A stretch of 64,000 nucleotides of DNA from the human T2T-CHM13v2.0 reference genome, Homo sapiens. The notes under the pieces were generated by a model. That model did no database searches, was not told the DNA's origin, and saw only the letters and a program-made list of their open reading frames with translations. The position numbers and the translations under genes are program-made. Of this stretch, positions 1-18,699 are shown piece after piece (within the stretch, counting starts at the first letter, position 1; each line of letters begins with the position of its first letter). The stretch lies in assembly GCF_009914755.1 (NCBI RefSeq), contig NC_060948.1; one strand, 5' to 3'.

Positions 1-75
1 AATCCCAAGCCCACACGTTATTAGGCTGCGCTTCTTAAAACAAGTTATGAGATGGGAAAAAGGGCACCCACAAAC

Positions 76-1937
<1,862 letters not shown>

Positions 1938-2506
1938 AGATCCATATTTTTTAAGTGAAAAAAAATTTCAAAGGTACTCTGCTTGGTACAATAATCAAAT
2001 GTATAAACTGAGGAATAAAACATAACCATGAAACCTACTTATAACTGCATATGGAAAATACAGAGGATAATTTTTTAAATAACATATTTTGAAAGCCTTA
2101 ACTAGTAATTTGAAGAGTTGGCATTTGAAAGGCCAGTATGAATATACCTTCAAAGCAGCAACACAGGTTCCCCGTGAGAAAAAGCAAACACAGGGAAAAT
2201 AAAAACACAAAGGTTCAATCTCTTCTGACCTTTGAAAGACACAGCACAGACAGTGGTCCTTAGGACGAAGAGCAGGAGACCCCTAATTCCGTCACCATGG
2301 CGATAGGGCATAAACATTGCTGGGTGAGGGCACAATCCACATTGTGAGGTCCAACTGCTGCCAGGAAGACAGGAGTGCTTTTACATAGACCGAAAGGTCA
2401 TTGAAGGCTCAGAGTTTTGTTTCAAGAACTGAATCCCAAGCCCACACGTTATTAGGCTGCGCTTCTTAAAACAAGTTATGAGATGGGAAAAAGGGCACCC
2501 ACAAAC
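1938..2506. repeat. HSATI-type subunit of DYZ2 (example spanning the unit 1/2 boundary; present in every unit)
   Basis: ~570 bp non-simple, moderately GC-rich segment between the Alu 5' end and the next AT-rich tract. It is named from the known DYZ2 composite structure, not from an alignment I could run. Boundaries are approximate. Confidence 0.75.
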
Positions 2507-4042
2507 ATACGTATACATTATGTATATAATAATATACAGTATCATATATATAATATATATAACCTATGTATAATATTGTTTTACATCCTGCATCTTATGT
2601 TATATATATTGTATAAAATATAATAATTGATAATATATAAGTTTTATAATTATACAATATGACATATAGTATATATTATAATTTATGACATATATAATAT
2701 ATGTCATATATCATATATAGAATATATTATACGGTTAATATACGTATTAAATATAAATTATACGTTATATATATTATATATAATATATCTGTTATATATA
2801 ATACCCATTATGCATAATATATATATTATATCTATGTTATATATAGTATAAAACAACATATAATAATATATAATTGTATATATAAAATGCGACATATAAT
2901 ATATATTATATTTTATAACATATGTAATATATATTATATATTATATATAATACGTTGTATGTATAATACCTATATTAAATATATATTATATGACTATGTT
3001 ATTAATTACATGTCACATGAGTTATATATTATATATTTTACATAGAATATACCGGTTACATACAATATATACTATGTTACCTACAATGTATAATTTATTA
3101 CATGTAAAATAAAGAATGCAGTATATTATGTATAATTTATAATATACAATATGTGGAATGTGATATATATAACATATAATATATGATATATGATATACAG
3201 TATATGATATATAACATACAATATATGATTCCTAATATATATGGTATACAATATATATTTTATGATATGTATTCTATATGTTTTATATTCTGTTATATAT
3301 AACTATTTGAAATTATATATAACTGTATAATATTTTATGTAAATATGTAATATAATATATATAACTATATAATATACTATATATAACTATATATTATGTT
3401 ATATATACTTTTATAACATAATTTACATAAAATATCATAATATAATATATATTATATTATTTCATATTACATAATATATATTACATATCACCCAATATAA
3501 CTAACATACATAATATTATAATATAGATTATATTGTGTTATATTAAATATCATATATATCATGTATCATATATTCTATAATATATATTACACATTATATA
3601 ATATGTATGTTGTCTATTATGTGATATATATAACTCTATATATAATTATATTTTTATACATATAACTAGATAAACATGTAATTCTACATATTTTCATTTA
3701 TAATATGTAGAATTATATAATCATATATAATTATTTATATTCTATAAAAAATTTTATCATTCTGTAAATTATAATATATAAAAATTATAATATGTACTAC
3801 AAATATATATATTATATATCATATATGATATAGTACCTTTGTTATATATCATAATACATATAAATGTGTATTATGTTATCTATAATTATATAATTTCATA
3901 TATAAGATGTATAATATGTATCATATATTATATATGTTATGTAATATATATAGTATATATAAGATGACACAGGATAAATATTATATACTATGACATATAA
4001 AATATATGAGGTTATATGTTACATATAAGGCATAGCACATAA

Positions 4043-4183
<141 letters not shown>

Positions 4184-6462
4184 TAGCTGGGACTACACCA
4201 CACTGGGACTACACCAGCTGCCACCATGCCTAGCTAATTTTTTGGATTTTTAGTAGTGACAGCGTTTCACTGTATTGGCCAGGATGGTCTTGATCTCTTC
4301 ACCTTGTGATCCCCTTGCCTTGGCCTCCAAATTTGCTGGGATTACAGGCCTGAGCCAAGATCCATATTTTTTAAATGAAAAAAAATTTCAAAGGTACTCT
4401 GCTTGGTACAATAATCAAATGTATAAACTGAGGAATAAAACATAACCATGAAACATACATATAACTGCATATGGAAAATACAGAGGATAATTTTTTAAAT
4501 AACATATTTTGAAAGCCTTAACTAGTAATTTGAAAAGTTGGCATTTGAAAGGCCAGTATGAATATACCTTCAAAGCAGCAACACAGGTTCCCCATGAGAA
4601 AAAGCAAACACAGGGAAAATAAAAACACAAAGGTTCAATCTCTTCTGACCTTTGAAAGACACAGCACAGACAGTGGTCCTTAGGACGAAGAGCAGGAGAC
4701 CCCTAATTCCGTCACCATGGCGATAGGGCATAAACATTGCTGGGTGAGGGCACAATCCACATTGTGAGGTCCAAGTGCTGCCAGGAAGACAGGAGTGCTT
4801 TTACATAGACCGAAAGGTCATTGAAGGCTCAGAGTTTTGTTTCAAGAACTGAATCCCAAGCCCACACGTTATTAGGCTGCGCTTCTTAAAACAAGTTATG
4901 AGATGGGAAAAAGGGCACCCACAAACACACGTATACATTATGTATATAATAATATACAGTATCATATATATAATATATATAACCTATGTATAATATTGTT
5001 TTACATCCTGCATCTTATGTTATATATATTGTATAAAATATAATAATTGATAATATATAAGTTTTATAATTATACAATATGACATATAGTATATATTATA
5101 ATTTATGACATATATAATATATGTTATATATCATATATAGAATATATTATACGGTTAATGTACGTATTAAATATAAATTATACATTATATATATTATATA
5201 TAATATATCTGTTATATATAATACCCATTATGCATAATATATATATTATGTCTATGTTATATATAGTATAAAACAACATATAATAATATATAATTGTATA
5301 TATAAAATGCGACATATAATATATATTATATTTTATAACATATGTAATATATATTATATATTATATATAATACGTTGTATGTATAATACCTATATTAAAT
5401 ATATATTATATGACTATGTTATTAATTACATGTCACATGTGTTATATATTATACATTTTACATAGAATATACCGGTTACATACAATATATACTGTGTTAC
5501 CTATAATGTATAATTTATTACATGTAAAATAAAGAATGCAATATATTATGTATAATTTATAATATACCATATGTGGAATGTGATATATATAACATATAAT
5601 ATATGATATATGATATACAGTATTTGATATATAACATACAATATATGATTCCTAATATATATGGTATACAATATATATTTTATGATATGTGTTCTATATG
5701 TTTTATATTCTGTTATATATAACTATTTGAAATTATATATAACTGTATAATATTTTATGTAAATATGTAATATAATATATATAACTATATAATATACTAT
5801 ATATAACTATATATTATGTTATATATACTTTTATAACATAATTTACATAAAATATCATAATATAATATATATTATATTATTTCATATTACATAATATATA
5901 TTACATATCACCCAATATAACTAACATACATAATATTATAATATAGATTATATTGTGTTATATTAAATATCATATATATCATGTATCATATATTCTATAA
6001 TATATATTACACATTATATAATATGTATGTTGTCTATTATGTGATATATATAACTCTATATATAATTATATTTTTATACATATAACTAGATAAACATGTA
6101 ATTCTACATATTTTCATTTATAATATGTAGAATTATATAATCATATATAATTATTTATATTCTATAAAAAATTTTATCATTCTATAAATTATAATATATA
6201 AAAATTATAATATGTACTACAAATATATATATTATATATCACATATGATATAGTACCTTTGTTATATATCATAATACATATAAATGTGTATTATGTTATC
6301 TATAATTATATAATTTCATATATAAGATGTATAATATGTATCATATATTATATATGTTATGTAATATATATAGTATATATAAGATGACACAGGATAAATA
6401 TTATATACTATGACATATAAAATATATGAGGTTATATGTTACATATAAGGCATAGCACATAA

Positions 6463-6603
<141 letters not shown>

Positions 6604-8882
6604 TAGCTGGGACTACACCACACTGGGACTACACCAGCTGCCACCATGCCTAGCTAATTTTTTGGATTTTTAGTAGTGACAGCCTTTCACTGCATTGGCC
6701 AGGATGGTCTTGATCTCTTCACCTTGTGATCCCCTTGCCTTGGCCTCCAAATTTGCTGGGATTACAGGCCTGAGCCAAGATCCATATTTTTTAAATGAAA
6801 AAAAATTTCAAAGGTACTCTGCTTGGTACAATAATCAAATGTATAAACTGAGGAATAAAACATAACCATGAAACCTACTTATAACTGCATATGGAAAATA
6901 CAGAGGATAATTTTTTAAATAACATATTTTGAAAGCCTTAACTAGTAATTTGAAGAGTTGGCATTTGAAAGGCCAGTATGAATATACCTTCAAAGCAGCA
7001 ACACAGGTTCCCCATGAGAAAAAGCAAACACAGGGAAAATAAAAACACAAAGGTTCAATCTCTTCTGACCTTTGAAAGACACAGCACAGACAGTGGTCCT
7101 TAGGACGAAGAGCAGGAGACCCCTAATTCCGTCACCATGGCGATAGGGCATAAACATTGCTGGGTGAGGGCACAATCCACATTGTGAGGTCCAAGTGCTG
7201 CCAGGAAGACAGGAGTGCTTTTACATAGACCGAAAGGTCATTGAAGGCTCAGAGTTTTGTTTCAAGAACTGAATCCCAAGCCCACACGTTATTAGGCTGC
7301 GCTTCTTAAAACAAGTTATGAGATGGGAAAAAGGGCACCCACAAACATACGTATACATTATGTATATAATAATATACAGTATCATATATATAATATATAT
7401 AACCTATGTATAATATTGTTTTACATCCTGCATCTTATGTTATATATATTGTATAAAATATAATAATTGATAATATATAAGTTTTATAATTATACAATAT
7501 GACATATAGTATATATTATAATTTATGACATATATAATATATGTCATATATCATATATAGAATATATTATACGGTTAATATACGTATTAAATATAAATTA
7601 TACGTTATATATATTATATATAATATATCTGTTATATATAATACCCATTATGCATAATATATATATTATGTCTATGTTATATATAGTATAAAACAACATA
7701 TAATAATATATAATTGTATATATAAAATGCGACATATAATATATATTATATTTTATAACATATGTAATATATATTATATATTATCTATAATACGTTGTAT
7801 GTATAATACCTATATTAAATATATATTATATGACTATGTTATTAATTACATGTCACATGTGTTATATATTATATATTTTCCATAGAATATACCGGTTACA
7901 TACAATATATACTATGTTACCTGTAATGTATAATTTATTACATGTAAAATAAAGAATGCAATATATTATGTATAATTTATAATATACCATATGTGGAATG
8001 TGATATATATAACATATAATATATGATATATGATATACAGTATTTGATATATAACATACAATATATGATTCCTAATATATATGGTATACAATATATATTT
8101 TATGATATGTATTCTATATGTTTTATATTCTGTTATATATAACTATTTGAAATTATATATAACTGTATAATATTTTATGTAAATATGTAATATAATATAT
8201 ATAACTATATAATATACTATATATAACTATATATTATGTTATATATACTTTTATAACATAACTTACATAAAATATCATAATATAATATATATTATATTAT
8301 TTCATATTACATAATATATATTACATATCACCCAATATAACTAACATACATAATATTATAATATAGATTATATTGTGTTATATTAAATATCATATATATC
8401 ATGTATCATATATTCTATAATATATATTACACATTATATAATATGTATGTTGTCTATTATGTGATATATATAACTCTATACATAATTATATTATTATACA
8501 TATAACTAGATAAACATGTAATTCTACATATTTTCATTTATAATATGTAGAATTATATAATCATATATAATTATTTATATTCTATAAAAAATTTTATCAT
8601 TATATAAATTATAATATATAAAAATTATAATATGTACTACAAATATATATATTATATATCATATATGATATAGTACCTTTGTTATATATCATAATACATA
8701 TAAATGTGTATTATGTTATCTATAATTATATAATTTCATATATAAGATGTATAATATGTATCATATATTATATATGTTATGTAATATATATAGTATATAT
8801 AAGATGACACAGGATAAATATTATATACTATGACATATAAAATATATGAGGTTATATGTTACATATAAGGCATAGCACATAA

Positions 8883-9023
<141 letters not shown>

Positions 9024-11302
9024 TAGCTGGGACTACACCACACTGGGACTACACCAGCTGCCACCATGCCTAGCTAATTTTTTGGATTTTTAGTAGTGAC
9101 AGCCTTTCACTGTATTGGCCAGGATGGTCTTGATCTCTTCACCTTGTGATCCCCTTGCCTTGGCCTCCAAATTTGCTGGGATTACAGGCCTGAGCCAAGA
9201 TCCATATTTTTTAAATGAAAAAAGATTTCAAAGGTACTCTGCTTGGTACAATAATCAAATGTATAAACTGAGGAATAAAACATAACCATGAAACCAACTT
9301 ATAACTGCATATGGAAAATACAGAGGATAATTTTTTAAATAACATATTTTGAAAGCCTTAACTAGTAATTTGAAGAGTTGGCATTTGAAAGGCCAGTATG
9401 AATATACCTTCAAAGCAGCAACACAGGTTCCCCATGAGAAAAAGCAAACACAGGGAAAATAAAAACACAAAGGTTCAATCTCTTCTGACCTTTGAAAGAC
9501 ACAGCACAGACAGTGGTCCTTAGGACGAAGAGCAGGAGACCCCTAATTCCGTCACCATGGCGATAGGGCATAAACATTGCTGGGTGAGGGCACAATCCAC
9601 ATTGTGAGGTCCAACTGCTGCCAGGAAGACAGGAGTGCTTTTACATAGACCGAAAGGTCATTGAAGGCTCAGAGTTTTGTTTCAAGAACTGAATCCCAAG
9701 CCCACACGTTATTAGGCTGCGCTTCTTAAAACAAGTTATGAGATGGGAAAAAGGGCACCCACAAACATACGTATACATTATGTATATAATAATATACAAT
9801 ATCATATATATAATATATATAACCTATGTATAATATTGTTTTACATCCTGCATCTTATGTTATATATATTGTATAAAATATAATAATTGATAATATATAA
9901 GTTTTATAATTCTACAATATGACATATAGTATATATTATAATTTATGACATATATAATATATGTCATATATCATATATAGAATATATTATACGGTTAATA
10001 TACGTATTAAATATAAATTATACGTTATATATATTATATATAATATATCTGTTATATATAATACCCATTATGCATAATATATATATTATGTCTATGTTAT
10101 ATATAGTATAAAACAACATATAATAATATATAATTGTATATATAAAATGCGACATATAATATATATTATAATTTATAACATATGTAATATATATTATATA
10201 TTATCTATAATACGTTGTATGTATAATACCTATATTAAATATATATTATATGACTATGTTATTAATTACATGTCACATGTGTTATATATTATATATTTTA
10301 CATAGAATATACCGGTTACATACAATATATACTATGTTACCTATAATGTATAATTTATTACATGTAAAATAAAGAATGCAATATATTATGTATAATTTAT
10401 AACATACCATATGTGGAATGTGATATATATAACATATAATATATGATATATGATACACAGTATATGATATATAACATACAATATATGATTCCTAATATAT
10501 ATGGTATACAATATATATTTTATGATATGTATTCTATATGTTTTATATTCTGTTATATATAACTATTTGAAATTATATATAACTGTATAATATTTTATGT
10601 AAATATGTAATATAATATATATAACTATATAATATATTATATATAACTATATATTATGTTATATATACTTTTATAACATAATTTACATAAAATATCATAA
10701 TATAATCTATATTATATTATTTCATATTACATAATATATATTACATATCACCCAATATAACTAACATACATAATATTATAATATAGATTATATTGTGTTA
10801 TATTAAATATCATATATATCATGTATCATATATTCTATAATATATATTACACATTATATAATATGTATGTTGTCTATTATGTGATATATATAACTCTATA
10901 TATAATTATATTTTTATACATATAACTAGATAAACATGTAATTCTACATATTTTCATTTATAATATGTAGAATTATATAATCATATATAATTATTTATAT
11001 TCTATAAAAAATTTTATCATTCTATAAATTATAATATATAAAAATTATAATATGTACTACAAATATATATATTATATATCACATATGATATAGTACCTTT
11101 GTTATATATCATAATACATATAAATGTGTATTATGTTATCTATAATTATATAATTTCATATATAAGATGTATAATATGAATCATATATTATATATGTTAT
11201 GTAACATATATAGTATATATAAGATGACACAGGATAAATATTATATACTATGACATATAAAATATGTGAGGTTATATGTTACATATAAGGCATAGCACAT
11301 AA

Positions 11303-11443
<141 letters not shown>

Positions 11444-13722
11444 TAGCTGGGACTACACCACACTGGGACTACACCAGCTGCCACCATGCCTAGCTAATTT
11501 TTTGGATTTTTAGTAGTGACAGCATTTCACTGTATTGGCCAGGATGATCTTGATCTCTTCACCTTGTGATCCCCTTGCCTTGGCCTCCAAATTTGCTGGG
11601 ATTACAGGCCTGAGCCAAGATCCATATTTTTTAAATGAAAAAAAATTTCAAAGGTACTCTGCTTGGTACAATAATCAAATGTATAAACTGAGGAATAAAA
11701 CATAACCATGAAACCTACTTATAACTGCATATGGAAAATACAGAGGATAATTTTTTAAATAACATATTTTGAAAGCCTTAACTAGTAATTTGAAGAGTTG
11801 GCATTTGAAAGGCCAGTATGAATATACCTTCAAAGCAGCAACACAGGTTCCCCATGAGAAAAAGCAAACACAGGGAAAATAAAAACACAAAGGTTCAATC
11901 TCTTCTGACCTTTGAAAGACACAGCACAGACAGTGGTCCTTAGGACGAAGAGCAGGAGACCCCTAATTCCGTCACCATGGCGATAGGGCATAAACATTGC
12001 TGGGTGAGGGCACAATCCACATTGTGAGGTCCAACTGCTGCCAGGAAGACAGGAGTGCTTTTACATAGACCGAAAGGTCATTGAAGGCTCAGAGTTTTGT
12101 TTCAAGAACTGAATCCCAAGCCCACACGTTATTAGGCTGCGCTTCTTAAAACAAGTTATGAGATGGGAAAAAGGGCACCCACAAACATACGTATACATTA
12201 TGTATATAATAATACACAGTATCATATATATAATATATATAACCTATGTATAATATTGTTTTACATCCTGCATCTTATGTTATATATATTGTATAAAATA
12301 TAATAATTGATAATATATAAGTTTTATAATTATACAATATGACATATAGTATATATTATAATTTATGACATATATAATATATGTCATATATCATATATAG
12401 AATATATTATACGGTTAATATACGTATTAAATATAAATTATACGTTATATATATTATATATAATATATCTGTTATATATAATACCCATTATGCATAATAT
12501 ATATATTATATCTATGTTATATATAGTATAAAACAACATATAATAATATATAATTGTATATATAAAATGCGACATATAATATATATTATATTTTATAACA
12601 TATGTAATATATATTATATATTATATATAATACGTTGTATGTATAATACCTATATTAAATATATATTATATGACTATGTTATTAATTACATGTCACATGA
12701 GTTATATATTATATATTTTACATAGAATATACCGGTTACATACAATATATACTATGTTACCTACAATGTATAATTTATTACATGTAAAATAAAGAATGCA
12801 GTATATTATGTATAATTTATAATATACAATATGTGGAATGTGATATATATAACATATAATATATGATATATGATATACAGTATATGATATATAACATACA
12901 ATATATGATTCCTAATATATATGGTATACAATATATATTTTATGATATGTATTCTATATGTTTTATATTCTGTTATATATAACTATTTGAAATTATACAT
13001 AACTGTATAATATTTTATGTAAATATGTAATATAATATATATAACTATATAATATATTATATATAACTATATATTATGTTATATATACTTTTATAACATA
13101 ATTTACATAAAATATCATAATATAATGTATAATATATTATTTCATATTACATAATATATATTACATATCACCCAATATAACTAACATACATAATATTATA
13201 ATATAGATTATATTATGTTATATTATATATCATATATATCATGTATCATATATTCTATAATATATATTACACATTATATAATATGTATGTTGTCTATTAT
13301 GTGATATATATAACTCTATATATAATTATATTTTTATACATATAACTAGATAAACATGTAATTCTACATATTTTCATTTATAATATGTAGAATTATATAA
13401 TCATATATAATTATTTATATTCTATAAAAAATTTTATCATTATATAAATTATAATATATAAAAATTATAATATGTACTACAAATATATATATTATATATC
13501 ATATATGATATAGTACCTTTGTTATATATCATAATACATATAAATGTGTATTATGTTATCTATAATTATATAATTTCATATATAAGATGTATAATATGTA
13601 TCATATATTATATATGTTATGTAATATATATAGTATATATAAGATGACACAGGATAAATATTATATACTATGACATATAAAAAATATGAGGTTATATGTT
13701 ACATATAAGGCATAGCACATAA

Positions 13723-13863
<141 letters not shown>

Positions 13864-16140
13864 TAGCTGGGACTACACCACACTGGGACTACACCAGCTG
13901 CCACCATGCCTAGCTAATTTTTTGGATTTTTAGTAGTGACAGCCTTTCACTGTATTGGCCAGGATGGTCTTGATCTCTTCACCTTGTGATCCCCTTGCCT
14001 TGGCCTCCAAATTTGCTGGGATTACAGGCCTGAGCCAAGATCCATATTTTTTAAATGAAAAAAAATTTCAAAGGTACTCTGCTTGGTACAATAATCAAAT
14101 GTATAAACTGAGGAATAAAACATAACCATGAAACCTACTTATAACTGCATATGGAAAATACAGAGGATAATTTTTTAAATAACATATTTTGAAAGCCTTA
14201 ACTAGTAATTTGAAGAGTTGGCATTTGAAAGGCCAGTATGAATATACCTTCAAAGCAGCAACACAGGTTCCCCATGAGAAAAAGCAAACACAGGGAAAAT
14301 AAAAACACAAAGGTTCAATCTCTTCTGACCTTTGAAAGACACAGCACAGACAGTGGTCCTTAGGACGAAGAGCAGGAGACCCCTAATTCCGTCACCATGG
14401 CGATAGGGCATAAACATTGCTGGGTGAGGGCACAATCCACATTGTGAGGTCCAACTGCTGCCAGGAAGACAGGAGTGCTTTTACATAGACCGAAAGGTCA
14501 TTGAAGGCTCAGAGTTTTGTTTCAAGAACTGAATCCCAAGCCCACACGTTATTAGGCTGCGCTTCTTAAAACAAGTTATGAGATGGGAAAAAGGGCACCC
14601 ACAAACATACGTATACATTATGTATATAATAATATACAGTATCATATATATAATATATATAACCTATGTATAATATTGTTTTACATCCTGCATCTTATGT
14701 TATATATATTGTATAAAATATAATAATTGATAATATATAAGTTTTATAATTATACAATATGACATATAGTATATATTATAATTTATGACATATATAATAT
14801 ATGTTATATGTCATATATAGAATATATTACAGGGTTAATATACGTATTAAATATAAATTATACATTATATATATTATATATAATATATCTGTTATATATA
14901 ATACCCATTATGCATAATATATATATTATGTCTATGTTATATATAGTATAAAACAACATATAATAATATATAATTGTATATATAAAATGCCACATATAAT
15001 ATATATTATATTTTATAACATATGTAATATATATTATATATTATATATAATACGTTGTATGTATAATACCTATATTAAATATATATTATATGACTATGTT
15101 ATTAATTACATGTCACATGTGTTATATATTATATATTTTACATAGAATATACCGGTTACATACAATATATACTATGTTACCTATAATGTATAATTTATTA
15201 CATGTAAAATAAAGAATGCAATATATTATGTATAATTTATAATATACCATATGTGGAATGTGATATATATAACATATAATATATGATATATGATATACAG
15301 TATATGATATATAACATACAATATATGATTCCTAATATATATGGTATACAATATATATTTTATGATATGTATTCTATATGTTTTATATTCTGTTATATAT
15401 AACTATTTGAAATTATATATAACTGTATAATATTTTATGTAAATATGTAATATAATATATATAACTATATAATATATTATATATAACTATATATTATGTT
15501 ATATATACTTTTATAACATAATTTACATAAAATATCATAATATAATATATATTATATTATTTCATATTACATAATATATATTACATATCACCCAATATAA
15601 CTAACATACATAATATTATAATATAGATTATATTGTGTTATATTAAATATCATATATATCATGTATCATATATTCTATAATATATATTACACATTATATA
15701 ATATGTATGTTGTCTATTATGTGATATATATAACTATATATAATTATATTTTTATACATATAACTAGATAAACATGTAATTCTACATATTTTCATTTATA
15801 ATATGTAGAATTATATAATCATATATAATTATTTATATTCTATAAAAAATTTTATCATTATATAAATTATAATATATAAAAATTATAATATGTACTACAA
15901 ATATATATATTATATATCATATATGATATAGTACCTTTGTTATATATCATAATACATATAAATGTGTATTATGTTATCTATAATTATATAATTTCATATA
16001 TAAGATGTATAATATGTATCATATATTATATATGTTATGTAATATATATAGTATATATAAGATGACACAGGATAAATATTATATACTATGACATATAAAA
16101 TATATGAGGTTATATGTTACATATAAGGCATAGCACATAA

Positions 16141-16281
<141 letters not shown>

Positions 16282-18558
16282 TAGCTGGGACTACACCACA
16301 CTGGGACTACACCAGCTGCCACCATGCCTAGCTAATTTTTTGGATTTTTAGTAGTGACAGCGTTTCACTGTATTGGCCAGGATGGTCTTGATCTCTTCAC
16401 CTTGTGATCCCCTTGCCTTGGCCTCCAAATTTGCTGGGATTACAGGCCTGAGCCAAGATCCATATTTTTTAAATGAAAAAAAATTTCAAAGGTACTCTGC
16501 TTGGTACAATAATCAAATGTATAAACTGAGGAATAAAACATAACCATGAAACCTACTTATAACTGCATATGGAAAATACAGAGGATAATTTTTTAAATAA
16601 CATATTTTGAAAGCCTTAACTAGTAATTTGAAGAGTTGGCATTTGAAAGGCCAGTATGAATATACCTTCAAAGCAGCAACACAGGTTCCCCATGAGAAAA
16701 AGCAAACACAGGGAAAATAAAAACACAAAGGTTCAATCTCTTCTGACCTTTGAAAGACACAGCACAGACAGTGGTCCTTAGGACGAAGAGCAGGAGACCC
16801 CTAATTCCGTCACCATGGCGATAGGGCATAAACATTGCTGGGTGAGGGCACAATCCACATTCTGAGGTCCAACTGCTGCCAGGAAGACAGGAGTGCTTTT
16901 ACATAGACCGAAAGGTCATTGAAGGCTCAGAGTTTTGTTTCAAGAACTGAATCCCAAGCCCACACGTTATTAGGCTGCGCTTCTTAAAACAAGTTATGAG
17001 ATGGGAAAAAGGGCACCCACAAACATACGTATACATTATGTATATAATAATATACAGTATCATATATATAATATATATAACCTATGTATAATATTGTTTT
17101 ACATCCTGCATCTTATGTTATATATATTGTATAAAATATAATAATTGATAATATATAAGTTTTATAATTATACAATATGACATATAGTATATATTATAAT
17201 TTATGACATATATAATATATGTTATATATCATATATAGAATATATTATACGGTTAATATATGTATTAAATATAAATTATACATTATATATATTATATATA
17301 ATATATCTGTTATATATAATACCCATTATGCATAATATATATATTATGTCTATGTTATATATAGTATAAAACAACATATAATAATATATAATTGTATATA
17401 AAATGCGACATATAATATATATTATATTTTATAACATATGTACTATATATTATATATTATATATAATACGTTGTATGTATAATACCTATATTAAATATAT
17501 ATTATATGACTATGTTATTAATTACATGTCACATGTGTTATATATTATATATTTTACATAGAATATACCGGTTACATACAATATATACTATGTTACCTAT
17601 AATGTATAATTTATTACATGTAAAATAAAGAATGCAATCTATTATGTATAATTTATAATATACAATATGTGGAATGTGATATATATAACATATAATATAT
17701 GATATATGATATACAGTATATGATATATAACATACAATATATGATTCCTAATATATATGGTATACAATATATATTTTATGATATGTATTCTATATGTTTT
17801 ATATTCTGTTATATATAACTATTTGAAATTATATATAACTGTATAATATTTTATGTAAATATGTAATATAATATATATAACTATATAATATACTATATAT
17901 AACTATATATTATGTTATATATACTTTTATAACATAATTTACATAAAATATCATAATATAATATATATTATATTATTTCATATTACATAATATATATTAC
18001 ATATCACCCAATATAACTAACATACATAATATTATAATATAGATTATATTATGTTATATTAAATATCATATATATCATGTATCATATATTCTATAATATA
18101 TATTACACATTATATAATATGTATGTTGTCTATTATGTGATATATATAACTGTATATATAATTATATTTTTATACATATAACTAGATAAACATGTAATTC
18201 TACATATTTTCATTTATAATATGTAGAATTATATAATCATATATAATTATTTATATTCTATAAAAAATTTTATCATTATATAAATTATAATATATAAAAA
18301 TTATAATATGTACTACAAATATATATATTATATATCATATATGATATAGTACCTTTGTTATATATCATAATACATATAAATGTGTATTATGTTATCTATA
18401 ATTATATAATTTCATATATAAGATGTATAATATGTATCATATATTATATATGTTATGTAACATATATAGTATATATAAGATGACACAGGATAAATATTAT
18501 ATACTATGACATATAAAATATATGAGTTTATATGTTACATATAAGGCATAGCACATAA

Positions 18559-18699
<141 letters not shown>

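Noticed and set aside
1995-2210. 71-aa minus-strand ORF (MCFYFPCV...) repeated in all 26 complete units
   Set aside because: It lies in satellite sequence, has an F/Y/L/C-rich composition typical of AT-rich non-coding DNA and has no recognisable domain. Its conservation merely reflects the near-identity of the units.
2150-2335. 61-aa minus-strand ORF (MCPHPAMF...) repeated in all 26 complete units
   Set aside because: Short, overlaps the other ORF in a different frame and has no recognisable homology. Recurrence is explained by tandem amplification.
2291-2347. Strong Kozak-like context GTCACCATGG in every unit
   Set aside because: The frame closes after 16 codons (TGA) and there is no supporting promoter or exon structure.
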